64,000 bases of DNA from an uncultured Phycisphaerales bacterium (lineage in GTDB: Bacteria; Planctomycetota; Phycisphaerae; Tepidisphaerales; Tepidisphaeraceae). Shown here one piece after another: positions 8,988 to 19,138 of the stretch. Numbering within the stretch: the stretch's first letter is position 1; each line of letters starts with the position of its first letter. The notes beneath the pieces are model-generated. The model did no database searches. It worked only from the letters and a program-made list of their open reading frames with translations, and was not told the origin of the DNA. Position numbers and translations under genes: made by a program. Where the stretch lies: positions 1,472,001-1,536,000 of the forward strand of contig CAVWVQ010000003.1 of NCBI GenBank assembly GCA_963758525.1, written 5' to 3'.

Positions 8988-10150
8988 CTATTGCGAAAGC
9001 TCGATCGTGTTCACGCTCATCGGGGGAAGCTCAATGGCAAATCGCGACGAATCGGGTAAAGGCAACCGGCCTGCGGACGTCGGACGCGAAGATAGCGCCG
9101 TCAATTGATAAATGTCAGCGTGGCCATAGCGATGCGCGTGCCTGAGCTGAACGGTGGCACTAATGGCTTGATCGAGTTTGTTGATGCAGACGAGAACCAT
9201 CCTTTGGCGGTGCTCCGAGTCCAAACTCGCGTAGATTGAGGTGGCTTCGACACTGTCGGTGGATGCACCGACGGAGATGTTGCCAAAAGTGCTGCGGTTG
9301 CCGTCATAGTCGCGAAACATCTGGAAGCCGGCGGCGATGTAACTTTCGTCGGGATCGAAAGACCATTCATTAGCGGCGAAGACGCCCTCGCGGCCGAAGA
9401 TCCCCAGCACGTCAGCCTCGGCGATGCCGCCGGAGATGTGTTTGGCGCCGCCGAAATGATACTCGCTGATCGAAATTTTCATGCCTGGATCATGGCGGGC
9501 GATCTTTTCCTTCACGGTGGGCAGGAGCTTGAGGGGGCCGTGGAGAATGTCGCGACAGATCCAACTGTCTTCGACAAAGGTCGGATCCCACAGCGAACGC
9601 GGCGCTTGAATGCGAGCCGCCACGCTGGCGCGGGAGTTGTCCTGACCGGTGATGCGATGACCCTCCACGCGAATCTCCGGATACCAGTGGAAGTCCAGCA
9701 CATCGACCAGGCGCACGCCATCAATATTGCGCGCCTCGGCGAGCTTCTGAAGGTAGAACTCCTGGAAATCCCGGCGCCCGGCATCCGATGCATTTTGCAG
9801 GCTCACCATTCCCAGCCATCCGGCATTGCATGGACCGAAAATCACCGCGCCTGGCAAGACGTGCTTGATCGCACGGGCGTAATCGACCGTCTTCTGAATC
9901 AGTTCCGCGTACGTCACCTGCGCCGGATGCACTTCCGGATGCGTTGCGGGCCACAGTTCCGGTTCATTATCGAGTGAGAAATAAATCGGACGGGACGGGT
10001 CGCGTTGCCCATAGGGGAAATTGACGTTGACCCAATTGGCAAATTCGTCCTGGAAGACGTTCGGAGCAGCCGGATCGGGCGCGAGCGTAAACTTCGATCC
10101 TTTCCGCGGCAGGCTCTCGCGGAGGCGCGATTTGAGATAGTCTGCGCCGC
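8988..10150 (-). pseudogene. Glycoside hydrolase family 44, N-terminus deleted
   Basis: FQDEF, SLDNEPELW..THPEVHP, RLVDVLDFHWYPE, RIQAPRSLWDPTF, ISISEY, ADVLGIFGREGV; no start codon or signal peptide before the junction. Confidence 0.8.
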
Positions 10151-10479
10151 TGCGCATCGCCCATGTCGGCCGAGGAGGTTGGGTCCTGTTTCGCCCACTC
10201 ATCTTCCAACTGCTGCAGTGCCGCATCATCCAGCGCCGCAGGCCGTCTGTTTCGCGCTTCCAGCGCCTTGAGGGCCTTGTGCCGCGCCACGCTCCGAAGC
10301 CATGGCAGCACCTGGTCCGGGCCAAGGATCTCCCCCTTTTTCCGCAACGCCACGAGACAGAGCTCCTGAAAGATGTCTTCCGCCCCATGTGAGTCACGAA
10401 CGATGCACCAGATGTACGCGATGACTTTGCTGCGTTCTCGAAGGAGCACTGTGAGAAGTGTCTGTTCATCAACGGGCAT
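10151..10479 (-). pseudogene. ECF sigma-70 factor, region 4 lost
   Basis: IAYIWCIVRDSHGAEDIFQE..WLRSVARHKAL region 2; sequence switches to GH44 after ..ADMGDA. Confidence 0.75.
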
Positions 10480-10630
10480 ACAATCGCTCCTGCCATCACT
10501 GAATCCCCCAACCCCAAAGAAAGTGGACAACCCACATTTTTTATGGCAATAATATACTTGACGCACTCCCATGAAACTCCGTACAGATTGCCAGATTTCG
10601 CCAGCCCTCGCAATGATTATGCTTTGAGCC

Positions 10631-10819
10631 GTGCGAGCCGAAGTTCCGAAAGACGCCAGCCTTGAAGAGTTGTACAAAATCAGCCAACGGCTAAAAACCG
10701 ATGGCGCTCGTCTCGACAGGAAATTGCAGGCGTTAGCCGATCGGGTCGAAGCTGCAATCGCCAGGTCCCGCAAGGCCGTGGATCGTGACGCAAGGCTGCG
10801 CGGCAAGGGGAAATCCTGA
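10631..10819 (+). CDS. Small hypothetical coiled-coil protein (IS passenger)
   Basis: 62-aa ORF converging on the passenger operon. Confidence 0.35.
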   Translation: MRAEVPKDASLEELYKISQRLKTDGARLDRKLQALADRVEAAIARSRKAVDRDARLRGKGKS

Positions 10820-10825
10820 TCGTGT

Positions 10826-10963
10826 CTACTTCCGCTTTTTTGGTTTGGATGATTTCTTCGGCGCGTCCTTCATCAGATCTGCCTTCGGCGTGGTGAGTAT
10901 CCGGCGCATCAGCGCCTCGAATTTTTGAAATGGCGTGGGGCCGTCATGTGATTGTGTTGCCAT
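10826..10963 (-). CDS. 45-aa basic small protein (IS passenger; not in ORF track)
   Basis: GGGAGA RBS; MATQSHDGPTPFQKFEALMRRILTTPKADLMKDAPKKSSKPKKRK. Confidence 0.6.
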   Translation of the reverse strand: MATQSHDGPTPFQKFEALMRRILTTPKADLMKDAPKKSSKPKKRK

Positions 10964-10975
10964 AATGTCTCCCTT

Positions 10976-12597
10976 CTACTCTTCCTCGAACATTTTTGCT
11001 TGCTCTGTTTTCTTGCCCCTCACCTTCGGCGCGGCCTTGAACGTGGATGCCTCATGCCAGCCCGGCATATCAACTCGCTTGCCTTCCAGCAATTCAGCAA
11101 TCGTGAGTAATTGCAACTTGGGGAACTGCGCCCGACAACTGAACTCGACTTGTAGAACCCTGCCGACGCAGCTTCCGTTCTCATTGGCTGCGTGGTGTCC
11201 TGTATGCAGATCAGGACGCCGATAGCAGCTTTCTCGCGGTCCAGAACGCCCCGCAGGTCGCGAACATGCGCGACGTTCGTATGGCCCGCTTTCACCGAGA
11301 AGATGACTTGTTTCGTATCTCCGTTTTGTTCGTCGTGGAAGTAGAGGCGTCCGTCAATTCCCTTATCCGCGCCTTTCTTCTGCTCTGCTGGCCGTGCGTG
11401 AACCAGCGACAGCGCCCACCACTGAAATTGATACGGATCATCGGCGGCAAGCTGCGCCGCGCCGCCAATATCTTCCGGTTCGCCGACTACCTTATAGGTC
11501 TTGCTGATGGCCTCTCCGAACGCAGTAAAAAGGCGATGCTTAATCAGGCTTATCGCAAGGTGCGTAATGTCAATCCCGATCCATCGCCGATTCAATTTTT
11601 GGGCGGCAGTGACAGCGGTCCCACAGCCGCAGAAAGGATCGAGCACAACGCCATTTTCCGGACAACTAGCGTTGATGATTCTCTCCAGCAGCGATTCGGG
11701 TTTTTGCGTTGGATAACCCAACCGTTCCTGCGCCTGAGAATTGATCGGGAAGATATCCGTCCAGACATTGGATATCGGCTTCCCATCTGTCGCGTTCAGA
11801 TAACGCTTGAATCGAGGCATTCCGGATTTCGTAAAAACGATTAGCCCCATCTTCATCTGGCGGTCGATTACTTCCTGACTCATCCAGTGCCGCCCTACGG
11901 GGGGCTCAATCAGTCTGTCTCCGAATTTTCGTGCGGGGCCGTCGCCTCGCCCGTGCGCCGAGACAAGCTGAAACTTGCCGCCTTCATCGGAGCTGCTGTA
12001 ATGAGACTCGATATACGAGTCATCCTGCGGAAGCCGTGGCGACGTCCAGGCGAACTCTTCGGAGCGAACGAAATAGAGAATCGTATCGTGAACGTCGTGG
12101 TAGTTTTGTGCGCCGCCATGCGATGCAGATCGCTTCCAGATGATTTCGCTGCGGAAAAACTTCGGGCCGAACACGGCGTCCATCAGCAGTTTGAGGTAGT
12201 GGCTTGCGGTCGGATCGCAGTGCAGATAAATGCTGCCCGATGTTTTCATCTTCCGCCGCAATTCGGCAAGTCGTGGTGCCATCATTGCGAGATAGGCAAG
12301 CATATCGTTCTCGCCCATGAACGTGCGGAAAGCCTGCATTACCTGCGAAACCTTGCCGCCGGATTCTACTACATCTTGGAATGCGATGGCTGCTGATTGA
12401 TCCCAATGCCAAGTGTCGCCGAACGCCTTGATCTGTGACGCGGCCTGCGCGCCGTTCTTTTCTGAGAACAGCACGTTGTAATCAGCATTGGAATTGAACG
12501 GCGGATCGAGGTAGACCAGATCAACCGATTCGTCGGCGACGTGCTCGCGCAGCACCTTGAGGTTGTCGCCGTAGTAGAGTGTGTTGGTCGATGCCAT
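10976..12597 (-). CDS. N4/N6 DNA methyltransferase (beta class) with C-terminal Mrr-like PD-(D/E)xK domain; frameshift near 11130
   Basis: DPPF, GYPTQKP and DPFCGCGT motifs; C-terminal FQWWAL..GADKGIDG..SVKAG; natural end QFPKLQLLTIAELLEGK..MFEEE lies in the shifted frame. Confidence 0.85.
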
Positions 12598-13131
12598 TTA
12601 TTCCCCTCGATTCATCAAGGGATTTACTTCTAATCTCCGCATTTCGTCAAACGCTTTTGGCGTCAAAATTCTCAGGGGCTGTCCGCCCGACGTGAGCAGC
12701 TTATCCAGCGGCAAGAGCGGCGTTGGGTTTTTCTTCTTGTTGCGTTGCCGTTTAGAGTCGCCATCATTTGTCAGAATGATTGAAACGCCTGCAAATACAG
12801 CCGTCGCGAGGTGTATCGAGTCCGCCCCGTCAATTTCATGCTTGCATCGGATGTCGCGGGCGATCTCGGAAATTGCGCGATCGGCAGCGTATAGGGCAAT
12901 GTATTCCCTGTCGAAGAAGTCCCTCACCACCTCATCGGCAATTGCAACGTCCTTCCCATCGATCCTGCACGTCTCCGCGATAGCGATGGACGATACGACC
13001 AAGATCAACTTCTTTTTTTCCGCGTCGTCCAGCAGCGGCTTCACCCATTCATAGCGCGCGGATTTTTCCTTTTCCAAGCTGTCGATAACGATGTTTGAGT
13101 CCCACGCCAGCCTCAAGGGATCAGTATCCAC
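12598..13131 (-). CDS. PIN-domain (VapC-like) toxin
   Basis: WDSNIVI, SSIAIAE, ADSIHLATA and LTND acidic PIN motifs. Confidence 0.85.
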   Translation of the reverse strand: MDTDPLRLAWDSNIVIDSLEKEKSARYEWVKPLLDDAEKKKLILVVSSIAIAETCRIDGKDVAIADEVVRDFFDREYIALYAADRAISEIARDIRCKHEIDGADSIHLATAVFAGVSIILTNDGDSKRQRNKKKNPTPLLPLDKLLTSGGQPLRILTPKAFDEMRRLEVNPLMNRGE

Positions 13132-13882
13132 CCCGCACCCTTTCGATATGTTCTACGGTGCTTAAGCCGCCTGTTATATCAATGCTCGGCATTTCCGTGA
13201 ACGGCTTCGGATTATCGGCCAATACTCTGAAACGAACGTTGTCGATAGATTTGATTTCGCCGTGTCCTGAACACTTCGCAAGGCCACTAACCTCTACCCG
13301 ATGCTTCATCGCCTCTCGCACTTTATGGAACTCGTCTGTCGGAAAGTTGCATGGGATGCGAACCCCGTTACTGGCGTTTACAATCTTGAACCTATGGGTG
13401 CCGCCTTCCATCGCCGTAACCTCATAAAGCGTTCCGCGAATAGTGGTGTGCTCATAATAAAAACGCTTCGTCGTCTTCGCGAGATGTTCCACCCTCTCGA
13501 TTAGAGCAGGTGTAAATCGCACTGTGGGCTCGTGCGATGACGAAATCTTCAAAGAGCTGAACTGTTCATCTAGCACACTGGACAGTTCAATAGTCGCGTC
13601 AATGTCATCGTCGGTTAGTCGCGGCATCGTTTTAGGCGCTCGCTTGTTTTGCATACTGTGCAAGTGCGTCATGCGAGCAGATAGGGGTCCGTTTGCCGTC
13701 TCGCTTCTGAATGTCAAGCTGATGGGGTTGCCCAGCGCGACGCGGATTACCTCCCAGTCAACAGTTTCGTCTTCGTCGCGGCCGCGTAACCATTTTAGCG
13801 CCTTCTCCAAGACGCCAATCAATGTGCGCACCGCTACCGCATCGCCCTTGCGATTTCCGGTAAAGGTGACTTCTTTCGGCAT
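13121..13882 (-). CDS. Hypothetical protein, probable antitoxin partner of the PIN toxin
   Basis: 253-aa ORF overlapping the PIN start by 11 nt; beta-rich C-terminal half and tail DITGGLSTVEHIERVR. Confidence 0.6.
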   Translation of the reverse strand: MPKEVTFTGNRKGDAVAVRTLIGVLEKALKWLRGRDEDETVDWEVIRVALGNPISLTFRSETANGPLSARMTHLHSMQNKRAPKTMPRLTDDDIDATIELSSVLDEQFSSLKISSSHEPTVRFTPALIERVEHLAKTTKRFYYEHTTIRGTLYEVTAMEGGTHRFKIVNASNGVRIPCNFPTDEFHKVREAMKHRVEVSGLAKCSGHGEIKSIDNVRFRVLADNPKPFTEMPSIDITGGLSTVEHIERVRGGY

Positions 13883-13908
13883 ATTTTCGTTTTCCCCTCT
13901 TCTGCCGT

Positions 13909-14883
13909 CTATGCGGCAGGCACCGTATCAACCGAATCGTCTCCGATCAGTCCCTTGTACGTCAACCGCTTTCCTTCAACCGATCCTAGCACTTTCAGAA
14001 AGCGATTCCCATCGTCGGTCTTCCGGTTATTGAACCGGAAGCACTCCGCGTCCAGATAGCGGAAAAGGTGGAACGGCTCGACCGAAATGTGAGTGCCCTT
14101 GATGCACCGCTTGAACAGGCTCCAGAAGTTTTCCAGACCGTTCGTGTGGACGTTCCCTTTCGCGTAGCACTCCGCATGGTCGATCACCTGATGGACATAG
14201 GACGGAGTGAGTCCGGCATAGCTGGCGAGTGCGTCCGTGAAAACCTGGGTGCCTTTCTCAACATGCGCGTGAATGTGTGGCTGTAACGTCCGCCGTTTGG
14301 TGTTATCGACAACAAGGGTACGAACTTCTCCATGCCTTTGCAGAAGTCCCATAACAACGGCCTTGCCCGCAGCGCCGCGACCTTTCGCCTTGCGCTTGCC
14401 GGGGTGCATGTTGCGGGCCTTGCCGCCGATGAAGGTTTCATCGACTTCAACCTCGCCGGTTAGCTTCTGGAAGAAATCCCCGTTCTGCATGGCGAGCCGG
14501 ATACGCTGCTGCATGAACCATCCGGTTTTCTGAGTGACGCCCAGAGACCGCATGACCTCATAGCTGCTGATGGAATTCTTGGCGTTGGCTTCCAGCCAGA
14601 TCGCAACTAGCCAAGTGCTGAGGGGCAATGGCGAATCTTCCATGATGGTACGGGTCTTGAGCGTGAACCGTTTGGCTTCATGATCCTCGCGGCATTCCCA
14701 CTGGAGCCGGGTCTGAATGAACCGGACGCGGGCCGATCCGCAGCGCGGGCAGCAGACTTCACCGGGCCAGCGGAGCGCCTTCATGAAGCTGAAGGCGACT
14801 TTCTCATCTGCGAACATCCGAACCGCTTCAACGAGAGTTTCGGGGTTGGTCATTTCGTTCGCGTTGTTATGCTTGGCGCTCAT
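13909..14883 (-). CDS. IS1595-family DDE transposase
   Basis: Zn ribbon CPRC..WEC, VEVDETFIGGK, VFTD, HTNGLENFWS, YLDAECFRFN. Confidence 0.95.
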   Translation of the reverse strand: MSAKHNNANEMTNPETLVEAVRMFADEKVAFSFMKALRWPGEVCCPRCGSARVRFIQTRLQWECREDHEAKRFTLKTRTIMEDSPLPLSTWLVAIWLEANAKNSISSYEVMRSLGVTQKTGWFMQQRIRLAMQNGDFFQKLTGEVEVDETFIGGKARNMHPGKRKAKGRGAAGKAVVMGLLQRHGEVRTLVVDNTKRRTLQPHIHAHVEKGTQVFTDALASYAGLTPSYVHQVIDHAECYAKGNVHTNGLENFWSLFKRCIKGTHISVEPFHLFRYLDAECFRFNNRKTDDGNRFLKVLGSVEGKRLTYKGLIGDDSVDTVPAA

Positions 14884-14889
14884 GCCCGC

Positions 14890-14918
14890 ATTGTAGCGGG
14901 GCTATGGGAGTGCGTCAA
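14890..14918 (-). promoter_or_regulatory. Transposase promoter with its -35 inside the IR
   Basis: TTGACG-17 nt-TACAAT, with ATG 6 nt after the -10. Confidence 0.7.
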
Positions 14919-15039
14919 GTATATTATTGCCTTTTTTATTGTGGCGCAGATGTCAACCAGACTTTCAGTTGGCGCGAAGAGTGCACCGCGTCAGCGGTAA
15001 GGTGGAGCGTTCCTGGAGTGTCCGCCTTCGGATTCACCC

Positions 15040-15136
15040 TTTTAGCCGGTTCGCTTGACCTCCATGAGCAGTGTCGGATGGCGAGCCGGGCCCTTTCGGA
15101 TTCGCGGAGACCGGCTCGCGAGCAAGCCGGCTAAAA
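15040..15136. repeat. REP-like inverted repeat
   Basis: TTTTAGCCGGTTCGCT ... AGCAAGCCGGCTAAAA with inner GCGAGCCGG/CCGGCTCGC. Confidence 0.55.
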
Positions 15137-15160
15137 TGATTCTCTCGTGTTTTGTTCTCT

Positions 15161-15223
15161 TACTTCTTACTACTTACTCCTGGCTCCTGGCTCCTGGCTC
15201 CTGGCTCCTAGCTCCTGCTTTCT
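15161..15223. repeat. Heptamer tandem repeat
   Basis: TACTTCT/TACTACT/TACTCCT units grading into four GGCTCCT units and AGCTCCT. Confidence 0.8.
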
Positions 15224-15237
15224 GCCCTCCCTCCCCC

Positions 15238-15536
15238 CTACCGATCAATCGCCTTCATATTTGCCTCTGCGTATCGCTCGCCGGCGATTTCGGATTGGGG
15301 CACGGCGGCTTCCAACTCCGCGACTTCCGCAGCGCTGAGCTTGAGCTCCGCGGCAGCCAGGTTTTCTTCCAGATACTTGCGGCGCTTGGTGCCGGGAATC
15401 GGAACGATGTCGTTTCCCTTGGCCAGCACCCATGCCAGAGCGAGCTGGCCGGGGGAAACCTTCCGTCGCTGGGCGATGGCGCGGACGCGATCCACCAGTG
15501 CCTGATTCTTGTCGAAGTTCTCGCCCGCGAAGCGGC
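15238..15536 (-). pseudogene. Aldo/keto reductase C-terminal fragment
   Basis: RFAGENFDKN..PGQLALAWVL..IVPIPGTKRRKYLEENLAA..GERY; N-terminal two thirds absent. Confidence 0.85.
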
Positions 15537-16382
15537 GTTGAAGGAAGTCGAAGAGCTTGCCACATCGTTCGGGCACCCCGACATATACCGCGAATTGCTG
15601 CACTTCTACGAAGTGCGGAATGTCGGAGGAATCCCTGCTCTTAAGAGACGCAGCAGCTCTGGGACCTCAGCCGCAATTCGCATGACCTATTTCTGTGGAA
15701 GATCGTAAAGCGGTCATTTGATCCGGCCGCTGGGGCGCGATACGGACAGCGAGAAGGCTGGTCACCGAGCATGGATTTTATCGAAGCGGTCTGGAGGGAT
15801 GGGGGGCAACTTGATCCAACTTTCGCAATGAAGATCGTGTCTCAGTATGTCAGAGACGATGAGGAGTCGAAGGCAGCGGACGCTCTGCTGGACGTGATAA
15901 AGGCTTTCGGCCCCTTGGCGGAAGTGGTTGCCCGCTGTATCTCGCTTCTCGACACGGCAGATCGAACGAAAGACGCAGACGCGCTCGTTGCACGCGTGAA
16001 GGGCGAGCTTGTTGGCGAACATCAGTTCATCGAATCGTGGGCTAGGCACGCACTGCGCGATCCGAATCCAGATGGCGCAACTGAGATCGCTGGGTCCCCG
16101 GCGATAGATATACTGAGGGAAATTGCTCCTATATTGGCCGCGAGCATTTTTTTTATTGCTGGGATGATTGAGGAGTCGGGGTCCGCTGCGGACAGGGCTC
16201 TGCAAATCGGAAGGCGTGGGGCGCCATCAAGTGACATGGTGGAGTTGGGAGAAATTTTCAATGCATTGGGGCGCTTCGAGGAATTCGAGCAAGTCGTTCG
16301 CGGCAGCGATAACTGGCCACCGGACATGATTGAACGGATTCTCGAAGATGCGCGAACGAAACGCAGAAGACGACGCCGTTAG
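15537..16382 (+). pseudogene. C-terminal part of a helical hypothetical protein (5' deleted; frameshift near 15648)
   Basis: LKEVEELATSFGHPDIYRELL.. joins the frame QQLWDLSRN..SPSMDFIEAVW, which is continuous with ORF 15771-16382. Confidence 0.5.
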
Positions 16383-16870
16383 TGAATCGACTAACGGGAC
16401 ACGTCCAAACATTTCTATCGCAATGCTCCGGGCATTTCCTCTGAGCCTGCTCACCGTTGGCGTACCGATCCCGCATTGAAGCTCTTTCGAATGCTGCTTC
16501 CTACGTCGCAAGGCAGCAGTTCGCGTAAGCATGTTTGCAACCGCCGGGACCCGCGCGAGCAGAGAGACGGACGGCTATGCCGCCGGGCAGCGGATGCGCT
16601 CGACCCGACCCTTCACCGCAGCGGGAGAGAGCCCGCCGGGCGGCGGAGCCGCTCGGCTCTCTGCTGGCGCGGGAATCGGGGCGGGTGCTCGCATTAGTAA
16701 AGAGGTTTTCGGTTTTCAGTTTTCGGTTTTCAGCTTGAGAACGACTAACGGGACGCGTCCAGAACGGCCGGGCGTGATGATCGAAAACATCCACCTCGCC
16801 AGTCACGCCCGGACAGAGTGGACTCGCGCGTCCCGGACGCCGTGCAGACTAGAATCCCACGGCAGCCCGC

Positions 16871-16999
16871 GCCGCTGGACACGCCCCGCAAGCGAGGCGG
16901 CTAAAGGGTAAGGATCCGGGGGAGTTTATGTCGACGTTCCCGCGTGCGAAGCACTTCCAAATCCGTTAGCCGCCTTGCTCGCGAGGCGTGTCCAGCGGC
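16871..16999. repeat. 37-bp inverted repeat pair (REP/MITE-like)
   Basis: GCCGCTGGACACGCCCCGCAAGCGAGGCGGCTAAAGG against CCGTTAGCCGCCTTGCTCGCGAGGCGTGTCCAGCGGC, 4 mismatches. Confidence 0.75.
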
Positions 17000-17146
17000 A
17001 TATCGACTCGGCCCGCGCTGACCGTCTGGAAAACGACTCGCGGGGGCGTCAATTATTTCTATTGCAATGCTCCGGGCGTTTCCTCTGAGAAGTGGAAAGG
17101 GGATGCCCGCGCCTTACCGGCAGCCACGCCGTTTCACGGAGCGTGA

Positions 17147-18707
17147 TCAACGATTGGAACGAAGTCTCCGGAAAAGCACCGCGACGCAGGTGACTGAGAG
17201 AACAGCGATACCTACAAAGATGCCGACTCGGATGAAAGACTCAGACTTCGACCTGATGCTGGCTCGCAATTTGTTGTGCCAACTGGCGAGGGGCTTAAAG
17301 TTCTGCTCGTCTAATTCCTCGTGTCCGCGTGCGGTTTGAAGGTCTTCTTCGGACACGATCGAGTTCCCAGCCCAATGGCTTACGATTCGCAGCAGAGCGG
17401 AAGTCGAATCGGGACCAGTCTTGTCGAGGCGCGGATCGCGGATAATTCGGATGACCAGTCCATGAAACTCGGTGCGCGGATGTTCCGAAGCTGCCTCAAG
17501 AAAGGCGGTTCGTTCAGTGGGGAATGAACCGGGATCAGGCGGATCTTCGAAATAGTGATCGACAATAAACTCGGCGTCGGCGGGCCCACAAATGCGCCAC
17601 AGCGAAGCGAGCAGCCTGGCTCTCTCCCATCCCTGAAATTGCCCCGACTTCCTCAAGACCTCCTCCCGAAGCCATTTGGATGCCTCTGCCGGACGCAGTT
17701 CCGCGGCGGCGATGACATTGCCCGCAGCAAGGACATCTCCGGCATCGCGTTCTGAAAGCAGATCCTTCGCGTGATCGTAAATGAACCAGCAGAGTGGTCC
17801 CAGGTCCAGATCGGGATCATCCGGGACGTCAGGGTCTCGTGGGGCCGCCGCGGGTCGTGCGAGATATTTGATGGTGCTTCGTAAAGTCGCCGCGCCTATG
17901 TCATGGCAGAGGCGCGAGAGTTCGTCGTTACCAACCAGATAAGATTGCCCGTATTCATCGCACTCATACTTGGCCAATTGAAGGAGAATCCAGCGGCGGT
18001 CGACAATAGGAATCTGATCTATTTCCTTTCTCACTTGCGCAATCTGCGCCGGACTGTCATCGGGCAATGGCGAAGTGCCATGGTTGGCGCGACTGAGCCG
18101 GACCATGAACCAGCCCGCGCAATACTTCCGCTCCTTATGCGCGTTCCAATATTGGAGAAAGTCGTAGCGTTGAAATTTACCGACCCACCCTGCGTTCTCG
18201 TAAAAAGTGAATGACATTCGTCGCGGCTTCGCCGACAGTTTGAGATTCTTGTGGCGGTCCGATGCCGGAGAATCTCAGTCCCTGTTGATCGTACGGAGGG
18301 TTTGTGAATGCCGGATGCTCATCGTCGACGAGTTGATTGATTTCCGGAAGGGCGTGATCGGCTCCGCCGGCATAGAGGGCCATGATTGCCAGCACGCGAA
18401 CCTTGGGATTGGGGTTGTGAAGAAGGGGAATGAGATCTTCAACGGCATCGTGCCTCCCCATGAATTCTTTCAGTATTGGTCGGTAGCTTCGCATTGCCGC
18501 GGGGTCGGCGAGGTAAATCTCGGTGCGGCCGAAAAGGAACTCATGATCGCCGAAGAATTTGAATTCCGTTGCATATCGTTCGAATGCATCGACTGTAGAT
18601 TCTGTGCCCTGTGAGATTCGGCACAACACGCTTAAGAATATCACAGCGACAATGGTGATTTGATCGGGTTTGCGCCGCCTGATTCCGTTTGAATATCGGA
18701 AATTCAT
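17147..18707 (-). CDS. Exported/membrane-anchored helical (HEAT-like) hypothetical protein; frameshift near 18205
   Basis: GGAGG RBS; N-terminal hydrophobic segment; LIPLLHNPNPKVRVLAIMAL HEAT-like repeat; C-terminal TM plus RRLR; two ORFs overlap at a T run. Confidence 0.6.
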
Positions 18708-18805
18708 TGTCGCCCTCCAAAGTGCCTTAGTGCATCCGAATCCGGAATCCGCATGATCCATCATTCTACAGAAAAGCGACGCTCGAAGTTCACGCTACGA
18801 CTACG

Positions 18806-18917
18806 CTCTCTCTGGTCGAATCCGGGCGGCGCTGAAGCTCTGCCCCGGCGTGATGGTCGGTAACATTCACCTCGCCAACCGCGCCGGGACAGAGCGTACC
18901 CGCGCCGTCCCGGATTC
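18806..18917. repeat. About 112-bp imperfect hairpin repeat, copy 2 (partial copy 1 at about 16762-16850)
   Basis: GAATCCGGG..CTCTGCCCCGGCGTG - loop - CGCGCCGGGACAGAG..CCCGGATTC. Confidence 0.75.
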
Positions 18918-19138
18918 CGTCGGCGGAGGGGGAGCAAAGGTGAGCAAAAGGGGTCATCGGGTCATCGGCCAATGCCGGCCGTCCTCCTCGTTTTGTTTGC
19001 TGCCGGTTCCTGCCTTCACTCTGCAATGTCAATTCACTAGCTAGATGCTAACCCGTCATTTGCGACAGACCAAACCACCGCCGGCGCTGCGGGCGTCGTC
19101 GTTGGAATTGCCGCGGCTCTGGCGCTCGCGCTGACTGC

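Larger units (their letters stand above)
10545..14931 (-). mobile_element. IS1595-family transporter element (4387 bp) with passenger genes
   Basis: Perfect 28-bp IRs GGCAATAATATACTTGACGCACTCCCAT (10545-10572 and 14904-14931); 8-bp TSD TTTTTTAT (10537-10544 and 14932-14939). Confidence 0.95.

Noticed and set aside
8988..10613. 541-aa ORF as a full-length GH44
   Set aside because: Its 5' part reads through the IS end and the wrong frame of the sigma fragment
10145..15538. GCGGCG at both deletion junctions as a specific recombination site
   Set aside because: The hexamer is very common at this GC content, and the junctions cannot be placed exactly without the parental sequences
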